Below are positions 46,301 through 58,574 of a stretch of 64,000 nucleotides of DNA, in pieces. Positions within the stretch are counted from its first letter, which is position 1. Each line of letters starts with the position of its first letter. Source of the DNA: Nemertoderma westbladi (lineage: Eukaryota; Animalia; Xenacoelomorpha); NCBI GenBank assembly GCA_032718475.1, contig JAUCBJ010006450.1:1-64000 (forward strand), read 5' to 3'. The notes beneath the pieces are model-generated. The model did not search any database, had not been told where the DNA came from, and was given only the letters and a program-made list of their open reading frames with translations. A program made the position numbers and the translations under genes.

Positions 46301-48448
46301 TGGGAGGGATTTAGTGTTGGCTCACTGAGTGAGGAGGGATTTAGTGTTGGCTCACTGAGTGAGGAGAGATTTAGTGTTGGCTCACTGAGTGAGGAGGGAT
46401 TTAGCGTTGGCTCACTGAGTGAGGAGAGATTTAGTGTTGGCTCACTGAGTGAGAAGGGATTTAGTGTTGACTCACTGAGTGAGGAGGGATTTATTGTTGG
46501 CTCACTGATTGAGGAGAGATTTAGTGTTGGCTCACTGAGTGAGGAGGGATTTAGTGTTGTCTCACTGAGTGAGGAGGGATTTAGTGTTGGCCCACTGAGT
46601 GAGGAGGGATTTAGTGTTGGCTCACTGAGTGAGGAGGGATTTAGTGTTGGCTCACTGAGTGAGGAGGGATTTAGTGTTGGCTCACTGAGTGAAGAGGGAT
46701 TTAGTGTTGGCTCACTGATTGGGAGGGATTTAGTGTTGGCTCACTGAGTGAGGAGGGATTTAGTGTTGGCTCACTGAGTGAGGAGAGATTTAGTGTTGGC
46801 TCTCTGAGTGAGGAGGGATTTAGCGTTGGCTCACTGAGTGAGGAGGGATTTATTGTTGGCTCACTGAGTGAGGAGGGATTTAGTGTTGGCTCACTGAGTG
46901 GGAGGGATTTAGTGTTGGCTCACTGATTGAGGAGGGATTTAGTGTTGGCTCACTGAGTGAGGAGGGATTTATTGTTGGCTCACTGAGTGAGGAGGGATTT
47001 AGTGTTGGCTCACTGAGTGAGGAGGGATTTAGTGTTGGCTCACTGAGTGGGGAGGGATTTAGTGTTGGCTCACTGAGTGGGGAGGGATTTAGTGTTGGCT
47101 CACTGAGTGAGGAGGGATTTAGTGTTGACTCACTGAGTGAGGAGGGATTTATTGTTGGCTCACTGAGTGAGGAGGGATTTAGTGTTGGCTCACTGAGTAA
47201 GGAGAGATTTAGTGTTGGCTCACTGAGTGAGGAGGGATTTATTGTTGGCCCACTGAGTGAGGAGGGATTTAGTGTTGGCTCACTGAGTGAGGAGGGATTT
47301 AGTGTTGGCTCACTGAGTGAGGAGGGATTTAGTGTTGGCTCACTGAGTGAGGAGGGATTTAGTGTTGGCTCACTGATTGGGAGGGATTTAGTGTTGTCAA
47401 TGACTTTCATTGGGCAACTAATTAGATAGGCCGTGGGCGGGTTTTAAAGGGATATGAATCGCAATTAAAAATATATTTTTAATGTTTTACATGTTGTAGC
47501 GTATTTTTTTTTTCACTTTTTCTACCATTAAAGGGGCAGGTTATAGTGACAATGTTTCTAAATGAAACAAACTAATTCTTTGAGACCTTTTTATATTTTT
47601 CAACACTTTTTCCCTTTGTGGGCTACCCCCCCCCCCTCCCCCCCCCCCCCCCCCACCCCATCTATACTGGTTCAAGTTCAACTGAAATAGTGACCCTGTT
47701 CCCGTACCTCCTGCCGCAGAAGATTATCCTTCACCTATCTCTAGGTCTGTCCTGTGTGTGCGGTCCTACAGGGCGGAGACCCTAACCATCTAACCGATGA
47801 TATAACCAGCCACCTAACCCTGGAACACCGAGCTCGTTCGCTCCGAGACAGGGACGCATCGGCCATAGACCCCCTGGATGATACGCCATCCAGCGGAAAC
47901 GCCCGTCATGTCCGTAGAATGTTCCATCCCACCCGGTAAGTATACAACCCATTGTATACAAACACACATTATAGGAAATAATATTATATATTATTATCCT
48001 CATTGAAATACTTGCGTTCTGATAAAATAAGTGATTGAATTATTGAAAACGTTTTAGAGTATTATTATATTTAACTTTATGGCAACCCATGATATAGAGG
48101 TCAGTCTGGTCAGTTGGTCAATTTTTAGATTTAGTTTCGGTTTGTTTTATTCTTATATAATAAATTCCCCCTATTTATAAAAACTAATAAATAATTAGCA
48201 CTATGTGCATTCCCAGCCCGTTGGGTCCACGCAGACGGATGATGGCCCAGAGCCCCAGTACGGCGCTAACGTCGTCGTCCTCGTCTGGTCTGGTCTCGAG
48301 TGGAGGAGGGTCTGGCCGGGAGTCCATGGACCCAATAGCGGAACTCCTGAGTCAGCTAACCGGGGTCAGGCGGCCTTCTAGCCAATCAACAGTCGCCCAG
48401 CTCCATCAGTTGCAGATGCATCTACAGCTGGAAAGGCAACAAGTTCAG
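43309..48448 (+). CDS. KCMF1: KCMF1 E3 ubiquitin ligase, exons 1-5 (43309-43324, 44193-44360, 45459-45598, 47745-47935, 48217-48448); 3' exons not found in the window
   Basis: The spliced product [33 protein letters not shown]...DMYYGGE...TCPLC...VCPVCAVLQGGDPNHLTDD...HLTLEHR...MDPIAELLSQLTGVRR matches KCMF1 (ZZ plus Di19-type C2H2). All four introns are GT-AG with consistent phases. Confidence 0.96.
44361..45403 (+). repeat. 23-bp minisatellite GGTTAGTGGGTGGTCCGGAATAC (~45 copies) filling KCMF1 intron 2
   Basis: Period 23 (for example 44461, 44484, 44507). Confidence 0.97.
45891..47397 (+). repeat. 30-bp minisatellite TTTAGTGTTGGCTCACTGAGTGAGGAGGGA (~50 copies) in KCMF1 intron 3
   Basis: Period 30; the order of variant units repeats at an offset of ~419 bp. 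Confidence 0.97.
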
Positions 48449-48575
48449 GTAGTTTAATTGTAATATATAGTTGTGAGATTTTAATTAGAACACAAGACTT
48501 ATAAGTTAAAAACGGAAAATTTATACCCGGTGCATTTTAATGATAAACGTGGAAAAAATATTTTGTTTCCTTTAA

Positions 48576-48868
48576 GGCCCGTTCACATCCAACGGAACGG
48601 TGTACCGCAGGGCCAGCGGTACACCGCTGACTGTGAACGACCCAACAGGTAGTTGTGCGCTAAACCGCGCGGTTTACCGCAGCCCATTTAAACAACGTTA
48701 AAACAATTAATGTAATTTCCTGTTGAATTCACAGTCGACAGATAGACAATCAGTTACCGCAATGGTACCGTTGGGTGTGAACGGGCTCCGGGTAGTGTAC
48801 CGCTGGCTTACCGCTTCAATACCACCAGACTACTTTACCGCTCACGCACCGTTGGGTGTGAACGGGGC
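48576..48868. mobile_element. MITE, probably PIF/Harbinger type
   Basis: TIR GGCCCGTTCACATCCAACGG / CCGTTGGGTGTGAACGGGGC, flanked by TTAA on both sides. Confidence 0.8.
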
Positions 48869-49291
48869 TTAAGGGATGTACCGGATTGACAATTTTCAAA
48901 CCGGCCAGGCCGGAGCCGGATGTAATTCCGGTCAAGGCCGGATTATTTTATTTGTCACTGTCGTCTACTTCCGGATCGTGGAGAGAAACTAATATTTCGC
49001 ACCATTACCTACGCCGATTTGATATTTGATGATTTGATATTATTAAATGTTAAATACGAAATGAAATGAAATAAAGTGCAAATTGAAAAATAGAACGAAT
49101 CGAATATATAAACTGGTCATTCACGGCGGTAAGCTTAATCTCAATTTATAACAATACCTAGACCTAACACAAACGCTTGCGCGCTGAGACAATATTATAA
49201 TTATTGTTGACTATAAGTTATAATTAGTATATGGGATGGACATACGTGTACTATTATTATACACCATGTCCTGGAATATAGTGTCGTTTAG

Positions 49292-50283
49292 AGTTGAAAC
49301 AGAGACCTGTCACTGATCTCTGATCTTTGGATTCTCCGGGCTATTTTTTGGTCTCCGGATAGGTCTCTGGTTCCCGGGTATTGAAAACAGACATTTTACC
49401 CAGAGATCAGTGATTTTACAAATTAGAAATAGATATTTAAAAATAGATCCTGTACAACACAAAATGTGAAATGAAGATAATTTTTCACAAATTTTTTACA
49501 ATTAATTATCTTTAATTTTTAACTATTTTTCATACACCACTTCAACACAATTATATATTCACTTTTACACTATTTCTAATAAATGTACCGATAATCTTCT
49601 ATTTAATTAATTTAAGGTGCGTTTAATTTTAAGTTAAATTAGCACCTAAAGAGTGGTTCTTATTTAAGGATAAAGGTGCTTAATTTGAGCACCCATAATG
49701 TTTAAAAGTGAAAGAAAGGGCTGTTCTCCATTCAATTTGTTATAGGATAGATAATATGACGACCAAATGGAGAGAACGAGCGTAACGAGGCTTGTAAATG
49801 GGGCGAGTAGAGCACTATACCTGTGCACTAAGTATTCGTAAATGACTAAGTTTATAGTACATTGAAATGTATATGATTTGAACAATTGTAAAATAAGTGC
49901 CTTTAATTAACAAAGTACCGGTACCTATGGCGCAAAACAAAATTATGTAACATATTATTAACAATAACAAAATAAGAACGAATTAATAAACAAATAACCA
50001 AATTAATATTAATTAAGCCCCCCAAACTGTACGTGCGCTTATTTTCTTACAATGGGTAGAGGGTTGAAATGGGTTGGATTTACTTTGCTGTAATTGAACC
50101 ATAGAAAAATAGTTATCAGGCCGTATGTACCTGTTTGTGCTATAGGGGAGTAATCAAATTGTAAGTAGAAAAATAAGCAAAGTCTCTGATCTCCGGCTCT
50201 GGTCTCCGGTATTTTTCAAAATAATTCTCCGGGTAGGGCTCTGGTTTACCGGGATTAAGAAAAACAGGTCTCTATTTCAACTT
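49292..50283. mobile_element. Non-autonomous TIR element (~1 kb)
   Basis: Inverted ends AGTTGAAACAGAGACCTGT / ACAGGTCTCTATTTCAACT; TCTCCGG subterminal motifs. Confidence 0.7.
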
Positions 50284-50686
50284 GAGGTACATGGACCCCC
50301 CCCCCCCCCCCCCCCCCAAATTTTTCTACAAATCGTGATGAGATTGTATGAAATTTTGAAACAGAGTCAGTTTCACCTCCCTCCTCCTTGCTGGGTGAGC
50401 CAGAATTTTTATATTTGCCTTCAATCTTTAGCTACAAGCGTTTGAAAAAGGTGTCTCCGATGATATTTCACCACACTGAAAAAACGAAACCAGTATTATT
50501 TATTGAAAAACCACCGGTTTGCCGAAGGAATCGCCGATTAAAATCCAGCCACTTTAATCGCCGATTCTTTCAGCAAACCGGTGGTTCCGAAAACCGGTGG
50601 TTAAGCCAAACCGGTGGTTTAGGAAAGTTATAAACTCTGGGTTTATTCTTTATTTTCAACCATATCGAACGGGATTCACAAACTTA

Positions 50687-51745
50687 AAACCCGGTTTAGA
50701 TGTATTTTAAACAGGGGTTCATTCATACAAAACCAGGGGTTCCTAAATATAAAACCCGGTTTAGATGTATTTTAAACAGGGGTTCATTCATACAAAACCA
50801 GGGGTTCCTAAATATAAAACCTGGTTTAGATGTGTGAAACGGGGTTTCATTAACACAAAACCAGGGGTTCCTAAATATAAAACCTGGGTTAGATGTGTGA
50901 AACGGGGTTTCATTCACACAAAACCAGGGGTTCCTAAATATAAAACCCGGTTTAGATGTATTTTAAACAGGGGTTCATTCATACAAAACCAGGGGTTCCT
51001 AAATATAAAACCCGGTTTAGATGTATTTTAAACAGGGGTTCATTCATACAAAACCAGGGGTTCCTAAATATAAAACCTGGTTTAGATGTGTGAAACGGGG
51101 TTTCATTAACACAAAACCAGGGGTTCCTAAATATAAAACCTGGGTTAGATGTGTGAAACGGGGTTTCATTCACACAAAACCAGGGGTTCCTAAATATAAA
51201 ACCCGGTTTAGATGTATTTTAAACAGGGGTTCATTCATACAAAACCAGGGGTTCCTAAATATAAAACCCGGTTTAGATGTATTTTAAACAGGGGTTCATT
51301 CATACAAAACCAGGGGTTCCTAAATATAAAACCTGGTTTAGATGTGTGAAACGGGGTTTCATTCACACAAAACCAGGGGTTCCTAAATATAAAACCTGGT
51401 TTAGATGTGTGAAACGGGGTTTCATTCACACAAAACCAGGGGTTCCTAAATATAAAACCCGGTTTAGATGTATTTTAAACAGGGGTTCATTCACACAAAA
51501 CCAGGGGTTCCTAAATATAAAACCTGGTTTAGATGTGTGAAACGGGGTTTCATTCACACAAAACCAGGGGTTCCTAAATATAAAACCCGGTTTAGATGTA
51601 TTTTAAACAGGGGTTCATTCACACAAAACCAGGGGTTCCTAAATATAAAACCTGGTTTAGATGTGTGAAACGGGGTTTCATTCACACAAAACCAGGGGTT
51701 CCTAAATATAAAACCTGGTTTAGATGTATTTGAAACAGGGTTTTT
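50687..51745 (+). repeat. 64-bp tandem repeat (~16 copies, two alternating variants)
   Basis: AAAACCAGGGGTTCCTAAATATAAAACC..GTTTAGATGT unit; ORF-track peptides recur every 256 bp. Confidence 0.95.
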
Positions 51746-51773
51746 ACATAATCTTACAAGAACACAAAACATA

Positions 51774-52309
51774 CACCATATCCCTTAATACAACCATTTT
51801 TAAGGGGTTGGAACCCCCCCCCCCCCCCCCCCCTATTTTTTTCAAATTTCAATCATATGCTACGAAATCTGGTATGATGGTAGTTCGACAATTTTTCAAC
51901 TGCTGGCCTGGCCGGATTTTTTAATTTATGAGCTATTTCGATACAACAGGAGGCCGTTAAAAACCCCCTTTTAACAATATTTAACCATCTCTGTTGGCTT
52001 TATTTTTAATATTTTGAATGTAATCTAGATATTATGTCAAAGATATTATGAAAATACTAGGGTGTAAATTTTGAGACTAAAATAAAGCCAACAAGATGGT
52101 TAAATTTAAATATTGCTAAAAATGAGTTTTTTAACGGCTTGTTGTATCGAAATAGCTCATAAATTAAAAAATCAGGCAAAGCCAGCAGGAAGAAAAGTTG
52201 GCGAACTACCATCAAACCAAATTTCCTAGCACATGATTGAAATTTGAAAAAAAGAAGGGGGGGGGGGGTCCGATCCTTTAAAATGGTTGTTGTACTATGG
52301 GAGATGGTG
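51774..52309. mobile_element. Foldback Tc1/mariner-type MITE
   Basis: TA|CACCATATCCC ... GGGAGATGGTG|TA; the two arms are nearly fully self-complementary, including the poly-C/poly-G runs. Confidence 0.8.
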
Positions 52310-52327
52310 TATATACAGCAGACACAA

Positions 52328-52950
52328 GGGCCCGTATGCTAAGTGATTTTTTTGTGCGCCGAACGCGACGCGGCGCAGAAAAAAATGTGCGCCTGCGCAG
52401 TCGAAAACAGTGCAAAATCCGCGTGCGCAGCAGAAAAACTGCGCGAGATTGGCGCGCGCAGCAGAAAAACTGCGCGAGATTGGCGCGCGCAGCAGAAATT
52501 CTGCGCGAGATTGGCGCGCACAGCAGAAATACTGCGCGAAATCTCCTACCACGTACCTGCCTGCCTACTGCTGTACTGGCCTAAAGCACACCAAGCAGCC
52601 AAGTAGCAAGTAGGAGGCTTATTACTGTATTATTTCAGTATTTCTTACAGTCTTATCTGTATTGTCATTACCCTGTTACCGGTAGTCGGCAGACTGCCAG
52701 GGGTAGCGGGTAGGTCTACTTACCGGTACTGACTTAGTGCTGTAGGCCTAATGCAAGTCTGAGCCGTGCTATCAATTTTCTGCGCCTGCGCCTGTCGCGC
52801 CGCGCTCTAAATTTTCTGCGCATGCGCGCTGCGCGGCGTTGCGCGGCGCTGCGCGGCGCTGCGCTGCGCTCTCAATTTTCTGCGCCTGCTCCAAATTCTG
52901 GAAAAAATTGTGCGCCGAACGCGTTCGGCGTACATGCCCTACTTAGCAGA
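52328..52950. mobile_element. GC-rich MITE-like element with ~31-bp internal repeats
   Basis: TGCTAAGT ... ACTTAGCA inverted motifs; GCAGCAGAAAAACTGCGCGAGATTGGCGCGC repeats mirrored by TTTTCTGCGC repeats. Confidence 0.5.
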
Positions 52951-53624
52951 ATGGCACAAGGGGGAAAATACATATAAAGTAAAACACACTAATCTAAAAG
53001 AAGATAAGGCATAGGAGGATACTCTAATAAATAAAACAGCCCTTTATTCAGTTTGTCTTTCCATTATGCAAAATTATCATTCTATCATTAAACTTAAATT
53101 GATTTACATTTACTTAGTTAACTTTATAATATCATATAACAGTAAATGAAGGTGCATCATGTTAGAACTTAGAACTGTGGGGCAGTGGGGAACATCTTAA
53201 TATTTCATTTAAAACATGTCGTGTCTGTTCAACCAATAAGGTAGCTGAAAAATGCTGTGGTGTGGGGTAACTATTGAAGGTGGATTTGGAAGCTCTGTCC
53301 GGTCTGTGAGAATTCTGTTGACCAAGAACAGTTGCTTGAAAGTTTCATTAAACTCAAAACGAAAAGTGTTCATAGGGATAATCTTTTCATTCCGTCACAG
53401 TGATAGAGGGAAGCCATACTATGTTCCAAATAAACCCCTCCTCACATTTAGTCCCAGTTCCGCAGTTATCCAACTGGATATCAGTAAATATAACATTGCC
53501 CTGAAAAGGGTCGTTTGGGTTGGTGTAAGACGAGTCAGGGAAGTGTCAGGGTGTGGGATACCACACACTGAGATGCGCGAGCAAGTTTGTAAGGGCAGTG
53601 GTCGTGGTCCCAGTTTTCACATAG

Positions 53625-54135
53625 GTCGTGTAATTCGCACCACATGAACTCGTCCAGGTGGCTGGGCAGCAAGGTGCTCTGGACGCTGCACATCGACTTA
53701 AATCGGCGCTTGCAGTTCTTCCAGTAGCACTCGACGTGGTTGGTGCAGGCACCATTAAACAGTAACTGGGTCGACGAAGTTTTGGTCATAGATCACGACT
53801 TGGTGTGAGTACACCATGTTCGGCATGGCACCGATCCCGTGCATGCTGCCCAACCATCGAAATGAATGATGGAACCAGGCGCGATATAGTTGCCTATAAT
53901 TGGCAGCAACGTCAGAACGTATTTGCCTCAAGAGTCAAGATGCCCGTCGACCGTCTTGAGGAAGAAGCCCTCCTGTTTGAGGCTGAGATGGGCAGATCGT
54001 GCTGAATACCCCGCGCTCAGGCTGTCAGGCACCTCGTGGCCCACGTTCCCCTTCCCATCCGCTTAGCTATTGCTATTAGCGACTCGTCGACTTCGACGAT
54101 AACCTGATAACGCCCGGTCCGTCGATAAAATGGGG
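53625..54135 (-). pseudogene. Degenerate Merlin (IS1016/ISXO2-like) transposase
   Basis: VIVEVDESL (~54085-54110) and CTNHVECYWKNCKRRF...LPSHLDEFMW, with stops and frameshifts. Confidence 0.8.
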
Positions 54136-54833
54136 GTGGTAAATAATATGCACTAACAGTGACAGTATACTGGCTGACTGGTATAACAATAGGCTACAAG
54201 GTACGGTACAGAGATCGGTCTGCCGGTAGGTTTAATAAATAGTTCCCGGTATATATAGCAGTATACTGCTGTACTGGTATAGGCAGATAGGCCTAGCAGC
54301 CTAGAGCTGAAAAATGCAGAAAGATGTTTGCATTCAGGAGGGGCAAAGGGGGTCCCCCAGTCCCTGTTGCCTGTACTTCTCTCCTGACTGCCTGACTCCT
54401 GTTCAGCTTTCATTGTTCTGTTGTTTCATCTGTATCTAACCAGTCTGCCAGTTCCGGCCTTCGGCCTACCTACCAGCTACCACCGGTACCCTACAGCCAG
54501 GCCATACAGCACACCCTGCAGCCCAACTCCTGGCCCTGGGGCTGTGGGGTCCTGTACTCTGCTACTGCACTAAAGGCTGAAAGGCCTAAAACTAGTAAAC
54601 CCAGGCGGCCAAAAAAATTGTACGGTGTGCAGTCTTAGTGCTCATGCTTACAGTCAGACAGTGCTGGTATCAGAGGCTACCTATTGCAATAGGCAGATAT
54701 GCACCGGTCCAATGCTGAATGCAGAATGCGGCATTTAGGTATGACTGTATGATACAAGTCAATAATATATACCGGTAGCTGAATACAGGAATGGGTCAGG
54801 TGCCAACCTGCTCCGACCATGATAGATTAGACA

Positions 54834-56097
54834 CGAAGTGGGGCCTTCGCGCAGCACGTGAAATGAGTTAATGCTAAGTATCAACTCGAAAGGATTATAA
54901 AAACATAGGAGAAGATTTTCCCGGAAAACGTTAACCCTCTAGCGGGAGACTGGGTAACTGAAGAAGGAAGGATTAGTTTCCCTACAAAGCCACATCCTAT
55001 GGTCTATTACATATCTACCAAGTTTCCGATTGACGGATCATAAATAACGAAATGTTGGAAGGTTTTCACTTTCATACATTTAGCCCTCTAGCGGCATATT
55101 AAAGAACTACGGATCGATCACCTTCCTCACAAAGACGAGGCATGTGGTCTAGTACATACCGGTACTGTATATTCCAAAATTCAGCTTAAATAGATTAAGA
55201 TCAAGGAATTCGCAAAGGTTATCACTTTCCTACATTTCGCCCTCTAGCGGCAGACTCGAAAACTCCGGACCGATTACTGTCCACACAAAGACTTAGGATG
55301 TCTTCTAGTACATATATGACAAGTTTCAGCGTAATCAGATCATAAACAACTAAATGGAAGAATAATTTCACATTCGGGACATTTCGCCCTCTAGCGGCAG
55401 ACTGGAGAACTGCAGACAGATTAGCCTCCTTTGAAATTTACAGCTAATGGTCTAGTACATACTTCCCAAGTTTCAGCTTAAACGGATTAAAAGCAAAGAA
55501 ATGGGTGGCCATTTAATGTTTAGACATGTGGCCCTCTAGCGGGAGACTGGAAAACTTCGGACCGATTACAATCCACACAAAGACTCAGGATGTCATCTAG
55601 TACATATATGACAAGTTTCAGCGTAATCAGATCATAAACAACTAAATGGAAGAATAATTTCACATTCGGGACATTTCGCCCTCTAGCGGCAGACTGGAGA
55701 ACTGCAGACAGATTAGCCTCCTTTGAAATTTACAGCTAATGGTCTAGTACATACTTCCCAAGTTTCAGCTTAAACGGATTAAAAGCAAAGAAATGGGTGG
55801 CCATTTAATGTTTAGACATGTGGCCCTCTAGCGGGAGACCATTGCACTGATGGTGTCTGAAAGTCTCTCAAAAATCTCAACTTTTGCTCATATTGATACC
55901 TACAAATTTTCAACTTGGCAGCTTTAAATCCGACAAAGTTATTAGCATGTCAAAATCGTAACGACAACGACGACGACGACAACGACGACGACGACAACGA
56001 CGACGACGACGACGACGACAACTATTTGCATAAATTGACCCACCCCCTAACAGTGTCAATTCGCTAAGGCTCCGCCAACTTCGTGGCTCGCCCCACA
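54834..56097. mobile_element. Second member of the ACA-flanked non-autonomous family
   Basis: Same termini as 15887-17098; ACA at both junctions; ~146-bp internal tandem repeats (CCCTCTAGCGG) and a (GAC)n microsatellite. Confidence 0.8.
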
Positions 56098-56259
56098 GTT
56101 AGATAGCCCGGGAAATTCAAATGATTTGAATTAACCGCCAAAAATATATAAATTCATTGTGTCTTTATCATTTGAATTTCCATGGCTGGAGCGCAGGGTA
56201 AACACCTTTTGGCTTTTAGGGACTTGTGCGGCATTATGGGTAAGAAGGTTTCAAATATT

Positions 56260-57005
56260 AACAAACCCCAGGTATTATCGCATTCATTTATGACTTATTA
56301 TTATTATAAAACCGGCATTTTGTTTGTTAAAAACCTCAATCATTATTGAATAAAAATCCAGGTTTATCAGTTAACAAGATGAAGGGTAAATGTAAAAAAA
56401 ATGCATGGTTTTAATTAACCAAAACCCCTAGTTTCCAATATTATCAAACCCCAGGTTTTCTCGTACAAATTTGGGACTGTTATTATCATAAAACCGGCAT
56501 TTTATTTGTTAAAAACCTCAATCTTTATTGAATAAAAACCCAGGTTTATCAGTTAACAAAATGAAGGTTAAATGTAAAAAAAATGCATGGTTTTAATTAA
56601 CCAAAACCCCTAGTTTCCAATATTATCAAACCCCAGGTTTTCTCGTACAAATTTGCGACTGTTATTATCATAAAACCGGCATTTTATTTGTTAAAAACCT
56701 CAATCATTATTGAATAAAAACCCAGGTATATCAGTTAACAAGATGAAGGTTAAATGTATACAAAATGCATGGTTTTAATTAACCAAAACCCCTAGTTTCC
56801 AATAATATCAAACCCCAGGTTTACTCGTACAAATTTGCGACTGTTATTATCATAAGACCGGCATTTTATTTGTTAAAAACCTCAATCTTTATTGATTAAA
56901 AACCCGGTTTATCAGTCAACAAAATGAAGGGTTAATGTATAAAAAAAAACAGTGGTTTTCACAACCCACAACCCTACTTTCAAAGAATTTACAAACCCCA
57001 AGTTT
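56260..57005 (+). repeat. 182-bp tandem repeat (~4 copies)
   Basis: ACCGGCATTTT at 56311, 56493, 56675 and 56857. Confidence 0.92.
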
Positions 57006-58574
57006 TTAACAGTAATTAAAAATAGATTTATTCCCAAAAACCCCGTTTTTGTTTCATTAATTATGTGTTTATTATGGGGTTAAACCCGGGTTTGTCACTG
57101 ATTAGAAAACCATCATCAAATTATTTAAAACCGGTGGTTTTGTTTCTCATTAAAACTAGGGTTTTTTGAGAAACCAGTAGTTTGATAAAAAAATATTAAA
57201 AGTTTTATAATTCTTTTAAAAGTAATTGTAATTAACCCTAATGTCAATACCACTCAAACTAATTATATAAATCGTTAATTTGAAACACTTATTCTTTTTT
57301 CGAAATCGGAAGTTCCAAATTGAAAACCTATGTTATAATTTACAACCCAGGGTGAAAATCACAAATACAGGTTTGGTTTTTTCAGTGCAGTTACACTGCA
57401 GTTATTCTGGAACCTTATAGCGATTTGTGGATATTGACGGACAGCGGGCCATGTGCAAGGATTCCAAATACGTATCATAATCTGCATTTGGTCGTAAAAT
57501 AGCTGAGATATGAGCGTCCAATTAATTGTTGCATGATTTAGCATCTATCGCGTGCCATTTTGTTCTATTTAATTAATAAACCATATTCTAGAACAGTTTG
57601 TTTATGTATGAATAGCTACGCAATAGTATGATTACAGAGTTATTGCATTGTTGCCCAGCTACGTATGGGATAAACAACATGTTCTAGAATAGGGAATAGA
57701 TGTTCTATTATAATTTATGTATAGTCTGGTCGATAAGACAATGTACCCGGAAAAAAATGTTACCAAGCTATATTTGGTATGGTTCGAATCGCTAGGATCC
57801 CCGCTTTCGAAATCTGAAAAGTCCTCTCTTCAATAGGGTGGGCAACTCTCACAAATCCCGTTTCCATAGCAACCGATATAAGAATATATATAATTACATT
57901 TAAAGCAACTGGGCTAGCTCCTACCCCCACTATATCACCAACGGAGAATTCATTGAACATATTTTAAATTCTCAGTTACCATGGCAACCGGTAGATTCAC
58001 CATATCAACCATCGATTTGGCCATCTTGAGGCAACGGGACCAACTCCTAATCCCACTATATCGGCTATGGAAAATTCATTGATAAAATTTTCAAGTCTCA
58101 GTTACTATGGCAACCGGTAGATTCACCATATATTCACCTACTCCTACCATGGTAACTCCTATCCCCGCTATTAATATTAATAAATTAAAGAATGATAGTT
58201 TATTAAACCAAAAATATAATAATTATTAAATATTATCAATTTATAATAGAAATATTGAAAATTGTATATTATACCTAGAGTTTATCATGAACCAAAGTTA
58301 TTATAATAAATAATATCACCCTTTATTAGTGGAACAATTGCATCTATACACCGTTTATTAAACCATACCTGTAATAATTAATGTTACTTAAATAAACAAT
58401 TAATGTTATTTATAAATAAAGATTGTTAATAAATAGAAAAATAAATATAATAATGTTATTAGAAAAGAGTTAATAGTAAAAATATGGTATTTTTGTTAAT
58501 ATTAATTGTTAATATTATAATAATAAAATTTAATAATTTGTCTTAAAAAAATATTTCAGCCATTATAAAAGTAT

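Noticed and set aside
44361-47410. Repetitive ORFs (44895-45167, 45864-46328, 46880-47410) and a CRISPR-like appearance
   Set aside because: These are pure tandem minisatellites with no unique spacers, inside introns; the ORFs are by-products of the repeat period.
50723-51772. Recurrent 64-88 aa ORFs
   Set aside because: They are translations of the 64-bp tandem repeat.
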